This document shows positions 41,689-53,809 of a stretch of DNA of 64,000 nt, piece after piece. The DNA comes from Bigelowiella natans CCMP2755. Its lineage: Eukaryota > Protista > Cercozoa. The stretch lies in NCBI GenBank assembly GCA_000320545.1, contig ADNK01003263.1, positions 17,748-81,747 on the forward strand, written 5' to 3'. Numbering within the stretch: the stretch's first letter is position 1; every line of letters begins with the position of its first letter. Under the pieces are notes generated by a model that saw only the letters and a program-made list of their open reading frames with translations, made no database searches and was not told the origin of the DNA. The position numbers were made by a program, and so were the translations under genes.

Positions 41689-42243
41689 ATTGTATTTCTG
41701 AACAATAAATGTGTTGGACGCGTCTATTCACTCATATGTGATTGTTATGTATGATTTCAAGTTGCCAAGCGAAGCGATAAAGTGAAATTTGAGGACTTAT
41801 TCGAAAGATTTATGGATAAGCCTGGGATACGACACAAGTGGGCACTATTGCACCTGTTGCAAAAGCTAAAGGGCTGCAAATCGAGAGATTATGAGACAAT
41901 CGCTGCAACCGCCTACACGGTGAGGATGTAATCAAATGCCAGAGCAGCGAAGGCATTGATGACTGCTGTTTTTCACGTATCAACCCACCTATAATCGCCT
42001 TTTTCTTTGAATGCTATTAAATCAGTTTTCATTATCTGCTTCTTCCACTTCGCACATGATGAAGATGCTGACAGTGGATGACGATCAAAATGAACAAAAG
42101 GAGAAGGAGATGGTATTTGATAAAGCAAGCATGATACTAGTCATAGTCGTGATAAGCGTAAAATGAAGTGGATTGACGATATAGTAATAACAGACTTCGT
42201 GTCTCAAGATATGGTGTATCCGATACGTATCGCTAAAAGAAAA

Positions 42244-42339
<96 letters not shown>

Positions 42340-42546
42340 ATGTGTAATTAATACATATGTGAACATATGGTGCATCGTCTAAATAGGGGGGGCAGACAAG
42401 AAGAGGTTCCCGGATGCAGTACAATCAGAGTGAGTAGTAGCTAAAAGCATATCTAGAAAAAGAATCGTAGAGTGGAAAACCATGATAATCTGTTTTCGAT
42501 AATTTTTATGTCGTAAGAAAACGTGGAAATCATGATGCAGCTATTA

Positions 42547-42578
<32 letters not shown>

Positions 42579-43051
42579 GTTTCACGTCTGAACTTACTAT
42601 GACTTCTACTATCTCCTTTCGCAGCAGCAGCAGGAGGAGGAGGAGGAAATGGGCAACAAAAGCTACCACCGCGACGACCAATAGAACATCTTTCGTCGCC
42701 GTCGTCGTCTTCTTCTCCTCCTCACATTACAGAGCAGCAGCTGTTGCGAGACGTTGTATTTGTACTCCAGGGAATTGATGGGCAATTCATTAAATTTGAT
42801 CCCTCAATCGATGCCTACACTGTAGTCGTACAAACTCCTGCTGCTGATGCTAGTCGAGACAACAGCAACGACGTAAAATAATCAATCACTGAGATTTATG
42901 ATGATGATGATGCTCATCATGAAAATCGTGTCGTCTTGTCATCACGATATTCCGTCGATTCTTCCTTTTCGTAGCTATCTTTATTGTTCTCTATTTCTTT
43001 GACACCCCTTTTCTTTCAGATAATACTTTCTTCTTTCCGCATGCCGGCACC

Positions 43052-43089
<38 letters not shown>

Positions 43090-43771
43090 ATCTTTATTCA
43101 GATTATGTCGTTCCTGTCCGCACCAGAGCGTCGTTTAGTGCGACTCGTGTGCGAAGGCGGGTGGTTGTACTTACGTGTGCAAAATTATCTCAAGAAGAAC
43201 GCAACGGCTGTTGCCTTCTCCTCCTTCTCCTCCTCCCCCTCCTCCTCCTCAAAATTTGCAATTGCTCCTCGCACAGACAAGTATGGCGACGTTGTCCATC
43301 ATCATAATAATCATGATCATGATCATCATCCATCATCATCATCATCATCACCGCAACCCTTGAAAAATAATGGGAACAATGGTGGTGATGATAATAATAG
43401 GAGGGTCAGCAGCAGGACGACGATATCAACGATGGGAACAACAGCAGCAGCAGCATTGTCGTCGTCATCTATGTCGTTGTCATCGGGATCATCATCTTCA
43501 TTAGCACCTTCCTTGTCCGGACTCGTTGAGCAAAGCTTTTGCGGTGCTCTTCAGCGGGAGCTCACACAGTCAGTCAGTCAGTCAGTCAGTAATGATGTCG
43601 TAGTATTAGTTAGTTGTAGTAACGTTGTTGTTCAACGTGGTGGTTTTCAACAACAACAAAACAACAGCAACGATGATGATAGCAGCATTAAAGGCAGTGG
43701 TAAACTGTTTCTTTTCAGCATCATCGTCATCTATGATATCAAAATATTCTCCAGACTTCATCTCACTCGCT

Positions 43772-43811
<40 letters not shown>

Positions 43812-44369
43812 AAATCCCTCCTCCCCCCCTTCCTCTCCATCATCATCTCTCCATTGAAATATCATTATTTATTCTTCTTCTTTCTCCTCTTCTCCAGATA
43901 CTTTCACCAAATCGCAACTCTTGAATCTGAGATAACTGCCAAGTCCAAAGGAAGTACAGCCGCTCCAGGAGGAGGTTGTAATGTTAGTAGTCGCAGTAGT
44001 AGTCGTGTAACGTGTCATATAAACACATATTGCGACAAGCATGCATCCATCACGGTGATGATGATGATGATGATGATGATGACGACAACGATGAAGATAT
44101 ATGATGATTAGAAGGATGATGAAGATTATGCGTGTAGGAAAGTCGCGACTAACGTTGCGTGGTGTGTACCTTTGGAGTATTCAATTGGTGGATAACCTTC
44201 GCCTCATGGCTACGATATGCGACACCGTAGAGGTGAAGAAAAAGAAAAAAGAAGAAGAACGAACGAACGAAAAACGAGGAAATGAAAACAACAACAACAA
44301 CAACAACAACAACGAATAGATATCATTTAAAGAATCAGTCGAAGAAAAAGAACAAAATAAAGAGGAGGG

Positions 44370-44400
<31 letters not shown>

Positions 44401-44589
44401 CTGTCTATCAGTGACAGTAAATATAGGATTAGAGTCTTGTGCCAAATTTCTTAAATAGGAGTAGTAGTAGTAGTAGTAGTAGTAGTGAAAAACAATAATG
44501 ATAATGATAATGACATTAACGACGATATAATTTATGTAACCAAGTGATGATTAAGATATAAATAATACGGGGAGGTTGATTCTAAGCTG

Positions 44590-44646
<57 letters not shown>

Positions 44647-44884
44647 TCACTGACCCCACTGACTCACTGTAGGGTGCTCGAGGAGGAGCATTAATATCAG
44701 GCATCGGCAAGTTCTTGCACCATGGAGATCCAAACGTGGAAGCTTTTGTGCGAAATGTTCTTCAGCGCTCTTGTGTACCGCTCTTCAGGTAGTGGTTGGT
44801 GGTAGGAGTAGGAGTAAGAAGAGTACAAAGTATACCAGTAGTAGGTAGTCACTGATGGTAGAAGTAGGACTGGGACTACGAAGT

Positions 44885-44915
<31 letters not shown>

Positions 44916-45837
44916 TAGTCAGTCAGCCGTCAGTTACTCAGTTGGGACTAATAAATAAATTAATGAATATAAATAAATCGGTAGATAGAGGCAGAATGTT
45001 AACTAAGTTGTGCGTGTGCGTGTGCGTGTGCGTGTGCGTGTGCGTGTGCGTGTGCGTGTGCGTGTGTGTGCGTGTGTATTGCGATTAACTGAAATGTGTG
45101 TCGTCGTCGTCGTTGCCAGGATGATTGCTCAATGGATGTCAGCTGCGGAGCTAAAGGATCCTTTCCACGAGTAATAATTAGCACTGACTCCCTGCTACTC
45201 TTCTTATTATTATTCTTCTAGCAGTCGATGCACTCTGATTGAGATTTTATTGTTTTCTCCCGCTCTCTCTCTCCCAGATTCTTCGTTACAGCTCGCAAGT
45301 CCGTAGGTGTTGATCGGTTGTGGCAAGATCGCTACCGTCTCAACACCAACATGATTCCTTTCTTCATCGACAAGAAACTTGCGCATTCTATCCTTAGCGT
45401 GGGAAAATCTATAAATTTTATCCAAAACTGTTGTCGCAGCAGCGGCAGCAGCAACGGTAGTAGTAGTAGTGATTCCTACTACTACAACAACTATGGCTTT
45501 AAAAAGAAGGAAGAAGATGAGGGAGACAACAAAAGTACTAGTATACGTGGTCATAAATTAACGCCAGCAGCTACAAATACAGGTAATAATGTAGGGGGAC
45601 GATGTCACAGTTGTATTAGTATTTTAGTGGTAGTATGGTAATCATGTTGATAAAGTGTTAATAACAACAATAGGAGGAGGAGGAGGAGGAGGAGGACTTT
45701 TTGAGCGGATGATGACTAGGCGTAGAGAGCAGCTTGAAGTGACTGTTTCAGATCTGCGTGTGGAAGGCCTTCATAAGCTAACTTTTGCCAACGCTGATAA
45801 AACCGGGTGGGTGGATGTTTTGTTGCTGCTCTGGATT

Positions 45838-45870
<33 letters not shown>

Positions 45871-46415
45871 GTAGTTGAATGATATTACAACACACCAGAC
45901 ATCGTATCCTGTAATTTTATCTTGCAGCATCATCAAATAATGCTCTTCCTCTTCCTCTTCCTCCTTCTCCTCCTCCTCCCTATTATCTATCCATACTGCT
46001 GCTGCCTACTGCTGCTGCTGCTGCTGCTACATACGACGACAAACTAAGCAGATATAGCGGACTACGTTCTGTCGTGGATCGAGCGGCTGCTGCAGTGAAT
46101 TCCAGGCTTATGAGCATAATGCGTACGCGGTTTGGTATACGGAAACACTGTTTAGCATTGAAGAAGTATCTTTTGTTGGGTCAAGGCGACTTCGTGACAA
46201 GATTGCTGGTTGTGTGTTGAGCATGTTGTTGTAGCAGTTGCTATCATGATCCAATTATTGGTATTAGTATTCTATACTAGAGTATTTGTTAGTAGGAGGA
46301 GGGGGAGGAGTATGGTTAGCGCCAGCATCAGTCTCGCTCTAATGCTACTAAATAATCATCATCATCATCATCATCATCATCATGTGTTAATATGCTGCAT
46401 TATCATGTAGGATCA

Positions 46416-46447
<32 letters not shown>

Positions 46448-46970
46448 TGGTTAATATGCTGTATGTAGGATCATCAATTCCGCGCTGTTGTTGTGTTGTT
46501 GTTATTGTTGTTCTGTAGGATTTGTTGCGAGAGGAGCTTGAGGAGCCAGCCACTAAGGTAGTAGTAGTAGTAGTGGTAGTAGTAGTGCTAGCAGTAGCAG
46601 TAATAATAGCAGCTTTAACGAAGAGGACAATTAGAAAGTGCTGATGAGTTAAAGAACCACTACTTGTTGTGTTGTTACTATATTGTTTTGATTCATTATT
46701 TGTCGTCGTCAAGATTATATCATATGTTACATAGATGCAACAGCAACAATAACAACAACATGTCGTGTGTTATTACTACTACTTCTGCTGCTGCTGCTGC
46801 TGCTGCTTCTTCTTCTACTTCTTCTCACAGGTGTTTAGACACAATCTAGTTTTGGTTCTCAAAGCAGCTATCCAGCAGTCCAATGCTCAATTTGAAGATC
46901 AAGACGTGCTTAACAGACTTGACGTACGATGAGATGCAACAATTCTTCTTCTGATAATTATTATTAACAG

Positions 46971-47004
<34 letters not shown>

Positions 47005-47099
47005 ACACATAGTAGTAGTACTATTCCTTCCTCTAATGGAAAAAAGTCCTTAGCCTCTTTCTGTTTGATGGTGCGACGACTACCTTGCTGCTGCTGCAC

Positions 47100-47133
<34 letters not shown>

Positions 47134-47570
47134 TGTCCTATTCACGTATCTATCTATCTATCTATCTATCTATCATCATTGTCATCGTCATCATCATCAT
47201 CAGCAGCAGCAGCAGCATTGTGGGTGTTGGTTGCTGACTGATACTCTGACTCTGATATACACTGATAATAGTGACAATGACAACGTAGGTTAGGTTACTA
47301 CGTGGTGTGCGACGAGACTCTGGATGGGATGTGTTTTCACTTGACTACCACGTTGGTTTACCGCTTAATGTTGTCCTGACTAAATCGGCAATTGATCGGT
47401 ACTACTACTACTAGTACTAGTGGCGGAAGAAGAAGCACGAGAAAAAGAAGAAGAAGAAGAAGAAGAAAGGGCCCTGAGAAGCAAGGAACAGGAATGATGA
47501 TGATGATGATGATGATGATGATAATTATGGGAAATAGTTAATATTCTTGGTCTGCTGTTAAATAAACAAG

Positions 47571-47611
<41 letters not shown>

Positions 47612-47613
47612 TG

Positions 47614-47652
<39 letters not shown>

Positions 47653-48097
47653 ACTGCAAGCTCATTTTTCTTCATTCTTGTTGCTGCTCTTCTTCTACCT
47701 CTTCTCTCTTTCACTTCTCCTCTTGTAGATATCTACGAGTATTTGCGTTGTTGTGGCGGCTCCGGCGCGTGGAGCATGCTTTGGCTCAATGTTGGTCAAT
47801 GCAGGCAGCACATGCTTCAAAGCTTCGAAATATGACTCCTTTGAGAAAAATACTGAAAAAGGGATATCTTCTCCGAAATGAAATGGCACATTTTGTGTCC
47901 AACCTCACCTCGTACATGATGTTCGAAGTAATCATAATATATAGCAGCCGCATAGATGCATTATGACGTAGAAGAAGAAGATAGTAGTCATTTTGATTAT
48001 ATAGTTCAGTTATATTATAAGTTGTGATGTGGTTGGTATTCTTTCTTCTCTTTTTTTTTGGTGCATTTCTGGTGCATGGTGATCGCAAAATAGTAGC

Positions 48098-48129
<32 letters not shown>

Positions 48130-48368
48130 CAGTAGTCGTCATGAGCAGCAGCAGCAGCATCAAGATGCTTTATCATTACCTTAATAATACCATATGATGC
48201 ACACACATCAAGTTAACAATAATAACATTAGTGTTATCATAATAATAATCAGGTATTGGAGTGTGCTTGGGCTAAATTTGATAAAGAAATAGAGAAGGCA
48301 AAGGATCTTGATGCGCTTATAGACGCTCATGAACGCTATCTGGTACTACTGTTACCACAAGATTTATA

Positions 48369-48403
<35 letters not shown>

Positions 48404-48967
48404 TTCGGTACTAAGTATGTAGCAGCCGGCGCCTTGGCCTCGGTGCTGCTGCTTACAGTTGTTGGTGCCACTGCTGCTGCTTCTGCTTAAGTTGACTGCA
48501 GGACATATGCTACTGCTACCACAACGATTGTTATCGTCGCTGCTGTCCTCTTGTCTGTCATCATAATTATCATCATTATCAATTTAGTAGTAAGGATACT
48601 GCCGTTGAATAATAGACCAAAATTGAAGAGAGAATGATGCGGAAAATACTAATAACACTAATACAAATACTCCTCAGAGTCAAATTCTCAACGGGGCAAT
48701 GATGGAAGGAAGAAGATGGCACGCTAAGAAGAAGAAGACAGGAGTTGAACAAAAGGCTGAAGGATCATCAGGAGTTAACCAAAGGGGAGGGGGGGGGGGA
48801 CGACAGCAGCAACCAGCAGGAGTCACACAGTTGGAAAAGTTATCAGATGTAGTGGTTGAATTGAATAAGATGTTTGATGTGATTCTGCAGTTTGTGCGAC
48901 TACAGGTAGTAGTAGCAGTAGTAGTAGTAGTAGTATTTGTAGTTGTAGTAAATAATAATATATGGTT

Positions 48968-49011
<44 letters not shown>

Positions 49012-50290
49012 GTGAAAGGAGGAGGTTTGTTTACCCAACCAATAGAGAAGAAGAACTGAGCAGATCATCGTCATCATCATCAGTAATTAGTATATCTATC
49101 TGACTGACTACTTTTTGCTACCACTACTACTACTTCTACTACTACTACTACTAAATTTATCTGCTGCATCGTCAGGAGCATGTATATGAAGCTGCCCTGG
49201 AGGATATAGAATTGGTAGTGTTATTTATCATAATACTTATCATAGATGTGATGATGCTGCTAGTGTTATTTATCATAATAATTATCATAGATGTGATGAT
49301 GCTGCTGCCTCAGAGATGTTAGTATATCATGATGATGATGATGATGATGATGATAATGATGATAATGATATTCTCTTTATTGTTGTTGGCAAATGGGCTA
49401 CTGCATTCTCTCTCTCTCTCTCTCTGATGTTTTATTATAATCTGCACTTTACTATCATCACCAGTATTATTATCATTTTCATCAATACATAGATTATTTT
49501 GCTATTATGAGAGTTGTAATAGTAGTATTTCCCGATTAATTGTATTCTAATTACTACTACCAGAACTAGTTGATATTGCTGCTATTATCAATATTCTTTG
49601 AGCAGCAGCCCTCCTCATGTATCATCATCATAGTTATTATTTTTATTATTATTTATACACAGACTACACAGAGCAAGATTCGTGCTTATAGAAGGCAGCA
49701 ATTGGGCAGATGGGGTCAAACAGCTGCTGAAGAAGTTGATGAAGAGGAAAAACGTGTGTTTAGACTAAGTGAACAAAAAAGCCATAAGGTGATAAATGCA
49801 TGCAGCGTTGACAATGTATAATATGTGCCTAAGGTGTCTAGTGTGTTGTGTGTGTGTGTGTAGGTCGTATAAATATGTAGTATAGTGTAAGAAAGATGGT
49901 CATGACGACACCAAACGGCAGCCATTTGTTTTCCTAGAAATCGGAACACACCATACATTTATACAAACTTGCGACGACATCAAATCTAAGCGTGCTGCAA
50001 TCTGTAACTATTGTGGAGATATTGGTTGTCGTCGTCGTCGTCGTCGTGGACATCATCATCATCATCATCATCATTATCATTATTGTTGTATCCCATCCTA
50101 GGTTTTTGAGCGGCTAGTATCCATCGAGGCAGTGTTCTCAAGTCTATTGGCAGGGCTTAGAAGCCGTCTCAGTGATAAACATTCCTCCTCAGACGCTCAG
50201 TTCTTGGATGTGCGTCTGGATTTCAATGAATTTTACGATGAGAAAAAACGGCGACAGGAAGAGGAGATAAAGCATAAAGCAGCTAAATAA
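41013..50290 (+). CDS. TUBGCP3: Gamma-tubulin complex component 3 (GCP3/Spc98); many exons, start approximate
   Basis: KFEDLFERF..GIRHKWALLHLL, EQQLLRDVVFVLQGIDGQFIKFD, VCEGGWLY, GLVEQSFCGALQREL, LTLRGVYLW, RGGALIS..HGDP, LKDPFHEFFV..DRLWQDRY..MIPFFI..GKSINFI, LKKYLLLGQGDF, GWDVFSLDYHV, LWRLRRVEHAL, EMAHFVSNL..YMMFEVLECAW, terminal RLDFNEFY; TAA at 50288-50290. Confidence 0.92.
49216..49305. repeat. 45-bp tandem duplication in a GCP3 intron
   Basis: TAGTGTTATTTATCATAATA(C/A)TTATCATAGATGTGATGATGCTGC x2, one mismatch. Confidence 0.9.
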
Positions 50291-50569
50291 TAATAAATTA
50301 TTGTTTTAGAGATTGGGATACCTTTGCCATATCTAGGTATCCTATAATTTATGTAATTATGTTCTTAGTCAAACTTTTCATAATGTACGTTGTTGGTCGA
50401 GACATAGAATGTTCTTTGCTAGTTTGTGCTACTGCCTCAATGTGTGATCAATGCAAAGCCCTGATTTGGTAGGCAGCACAGAATTTCCGATTATCTGAGT
50501 GATGTGTTGTGCTAATAGTAACTATGGGAGTTGGTGGATGTTATAAATGTTGAGCTAGGAAGAAGTTTG

Positions 50570-50960
50570 TAACATCTATCTAGCTAGCTAGACATGTAGC
50601 ATGTGCATCCGCAAATAGATTGCGATGTAGTATGTCTAGGATGTACCTAGCTGCAATACGATAGACTACGACGGTACTGTGTATATATAATAACAAACGA
50701 CCTGCACGCCGCACCACAATTTCATGCATGAAAGACGTCACAAGCAAAAGAAGCAAGCTAGCAAGGAACAAATGGCAAAACATAATTCGCAAACATGTGG
50801 CCGCTGCTTATTACTAGCTTGCATGTAACTAGATGCTTAATGTTATCGTTGCTTCGTTATTTGCTGCTGCGACGCTTTATATATAATTGTTCTAGTTGTT
50901 GCTTGTGTGACGGCTGATGCCGCATGCTAGCTAGCTAGCTAGCTAGCATGTTACAAGCTG
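50570..50960. other. Island 5: CTAG micro-insertions with little TpA loss
   Basis: CAAG-CTAG-CAAG 50754, TTGTT-CTAG-TTGTT 50887, CATG-(CTAG)5-CATG 50923-50950. Ordinary TA (e.g. GTATATATAA) persists. Confidence 0.7.
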
Positions 50961-51302
50961 CGACGGATAAATCTAAAAATAGTCGATGGCGGTGTGCGTG
51001 TTCATTGTTGGACTAGATGACGATGCACATCTTTGTTGGATCGACGGAAAACGTATAAACGCCAACGTAAACGAACAGCATATGCTACGCGCGCCATTGA
51101 TCTACAGCCACATATAGCTAGAGATTGCAAACAGAGCATCTGCGAGTGTAGGCATGTGTTTTCCATCTCGTCTATATTATAGGGTAAAAAAAGCAAGCAT
51201 AGATATTTAATTAAAAAACATAAGAGGATATCTGGGTCGAAGTCAGTATGTCATTTTATCATCTGCTCCGCCACTTCTACACACTTTTTTTACGCAGCTG
51301 TA

Positions 51303-53778
51303 TCAACACAGAGGCGTCGCCGCAAGAATTTGCTTTAAAGCCGATACGGTGTTTGCGAGGTTTCTAATTGGAATCACATCAAATTGTCGGTAGAGATTCG
51401 ATTTCCGTTGCTTATTGAGGAGTACTTCCATCACCGCGCGAATAATCTGAGCTGATGCAGATGAAGATTCTGAGTCGAAAGAGGAGTCATTGACAGTGCT
51501 ATTCGATGATCTCTGGATTATTGCAGTTTGTGCTATTTCAATGATCGGTTGGAAAGCCATGATGTATGTCTGTGCATTGGGCTGGGTGAGCATATGATTG
51601 ACAATGGCAAAGATCGTAGGGTGATAGTGCTTGCAATCGCCTTTGCAGACTACTGCAAGGTAGTTGGCGCAAGGGAGAGCATATGTTGGAAGATAAGCCT
51701 TGACGATTGCCGCACATATCCTTTCAAGGAACAAATCACCACGATTTCGTGTCTTATTTTTTGAGGAGCTACCCTTCATCTCCGGTCGGGCATACTCTTC
51801 AAAGAGAGCTGTCATTTCCTTGCTTGTCTTGCTAACCATTTTGGCAAGAAGTTTAAGCACCTTATTTGGTGTAAGATACGTTCGCACTGCAGTGCTTTCA
51901 GTAGCTGCTGCCGTGTTGCTGCCAATACTATTATTGTTATTATTATTATCGAGAGGTTGGTAAGCCAACCCTCCCACTGAAGGATCAGCAGCACGAAGAG
52001 AAAGGTGCAGCCACGGAAGAAAAATTAAAATTGTGATAACTTGGCGGATTGGCGAGGTAGAATCAAAGCCTACGAAACTATCACATGGCAGCAAAACCAA
52101 ACGATAAACGAGTTCCATTGTTTTGCCTTGAGTCTTCGTTCGCATCATCCCAGGAATAAGGGAAAGTAAGACCCCAGTGAATCTAGGGTGCCACCCCTCT
52201 GTATATGTCCAGAAATTTTGCGGTATTTCACTTCTATGTGTCAGATACTGATATGATTTCATGTACTTCATGATATCTAATCCATAATCATATATCTCGT
52301 CGATGTCACAACGCAAAAACGCAGTTGCTGCCCAGAGCAATGCGGGGTGTCTATGCAATCTATGCACGCTGCTCAGATGTTTTGTGATGTAAAGGAGAAA
52401 GGATAATATGGCTTGGGCATGTTCCTTCAACCCTTGTACACGATGGGGTAAAAAGTGTCCATACTTCTTGCATGTTTCTAATATCTGTAACAGCTTAACA
52501 AGGAGAGTATGAATTGCAACACGTGATTCGATACCAACGAGCTCATTTTCGCCGAAGAAAGCCAGATGGTGCTGGTGGTTGAGGATGTTGGAGATACTCT
52601 TGCCACCTTCAGTTTGGGATAAAATTGAGCTCTTCGCTGACTTGCCATTACCGTGTAAGCCAATCACACTGATTCCTCCGTCCTTTAGTGACGATGAAGT
52701 CTTTTTCTCAAGCTCGCCTTCCAGAGGTTCTAGCAGACATTGATATGCTGTGAATGCCATCTTTATGATACTTAGATCTCTAGAGAGCACTCCCCATTTA
52801 AAAGCTGCAAGTCCGATCTGAGGTACACAAATCGGGCATTCCGTCCTAAATATCTTGAGTAAATGGGATGTTATCTCGCGTGATGATTTATTGGTGTTTT
52901 GATCATCGGTCGTCCCGTCATCTGACGCAATGGCACCTCCTCCTTGCTGCTCAAACGAATTGACTAATTCCTCTAATTCATCTGTTGCTCTCTTTGTTTT
53001 ACTAACAATCCCTTGTGTGTTATTTTCGAATGCAGCAATGAGGCGTATAAGAAGATTACACATTACATCTCTCAGGGAGATGTGTTGGTTTTTCTTTGTT
53101 AAGGCAATTATGGCATACACAACCATCTCAGGCAGCCACGGTCGTACAACTTCTCGATCAATACCAATAAATTCAACTACCATTGCTGATATTATTCTAT
53201 TTTGTTCTCTAGAAACTTTCTCCATACGATATTGAGCCAGCTTTAATCCCGCTTTGAGTTCATCACTTAAAATGTCATACAGCGAGTATCTTATTCGTGA
53301 GCGTTGGAGTTGTCCTATACTAGGTACATGGATATTCATTGATCCAGCTATGTTGGTAGTGTTGAAATTCCGTGTAAGATGTTTTCGCATACACTGAAAG
53401 AACAACTCAAGTATGAAGCCTCTGCATCTTGGTACTCTCGAGTAGATGGCAAATATAGCACTTTGTATCACTCGAGAGTACCTACTTAACTCAACCTTGG
53501 TATTGTAATGAGCCTCATTCTTCAGGCCAATCTTCTCATAAATCTTACCAAGCATGAAGGACACAATAGTCACGATATTGTCCTCACTTTGTCCCAATTC
53601 CACGAGAAAATCCACCATCAGATCTCTATATCGATCATTAATTATGTATTGCAACAAATCATATAGAAGTTTATATTGTCTTTGAAGATTCATCTTAGGC
53701 TTGATTGTGTACGACGTTGAGATCCCAATATTAGTATGGAGAGGAGGACGATGATCTGTTGAGGAACTTGACGATGAC

Positions 53779-53809
<31 letters not shown>

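Noticed and set aside
49216-49305. CTAG at the junction of the 45-bp intronic tandem duplication
   Set aside because: It is a coincidental junction sequence, not a 4-5 bp TSD structure.
20-50000. Dozens of short ORFs with poly-L/Y/I/V/M/H tracts in the ORF track
   Set aside because: They are translations of intronic microsatellites or antisense/off-frame readings of real exons.
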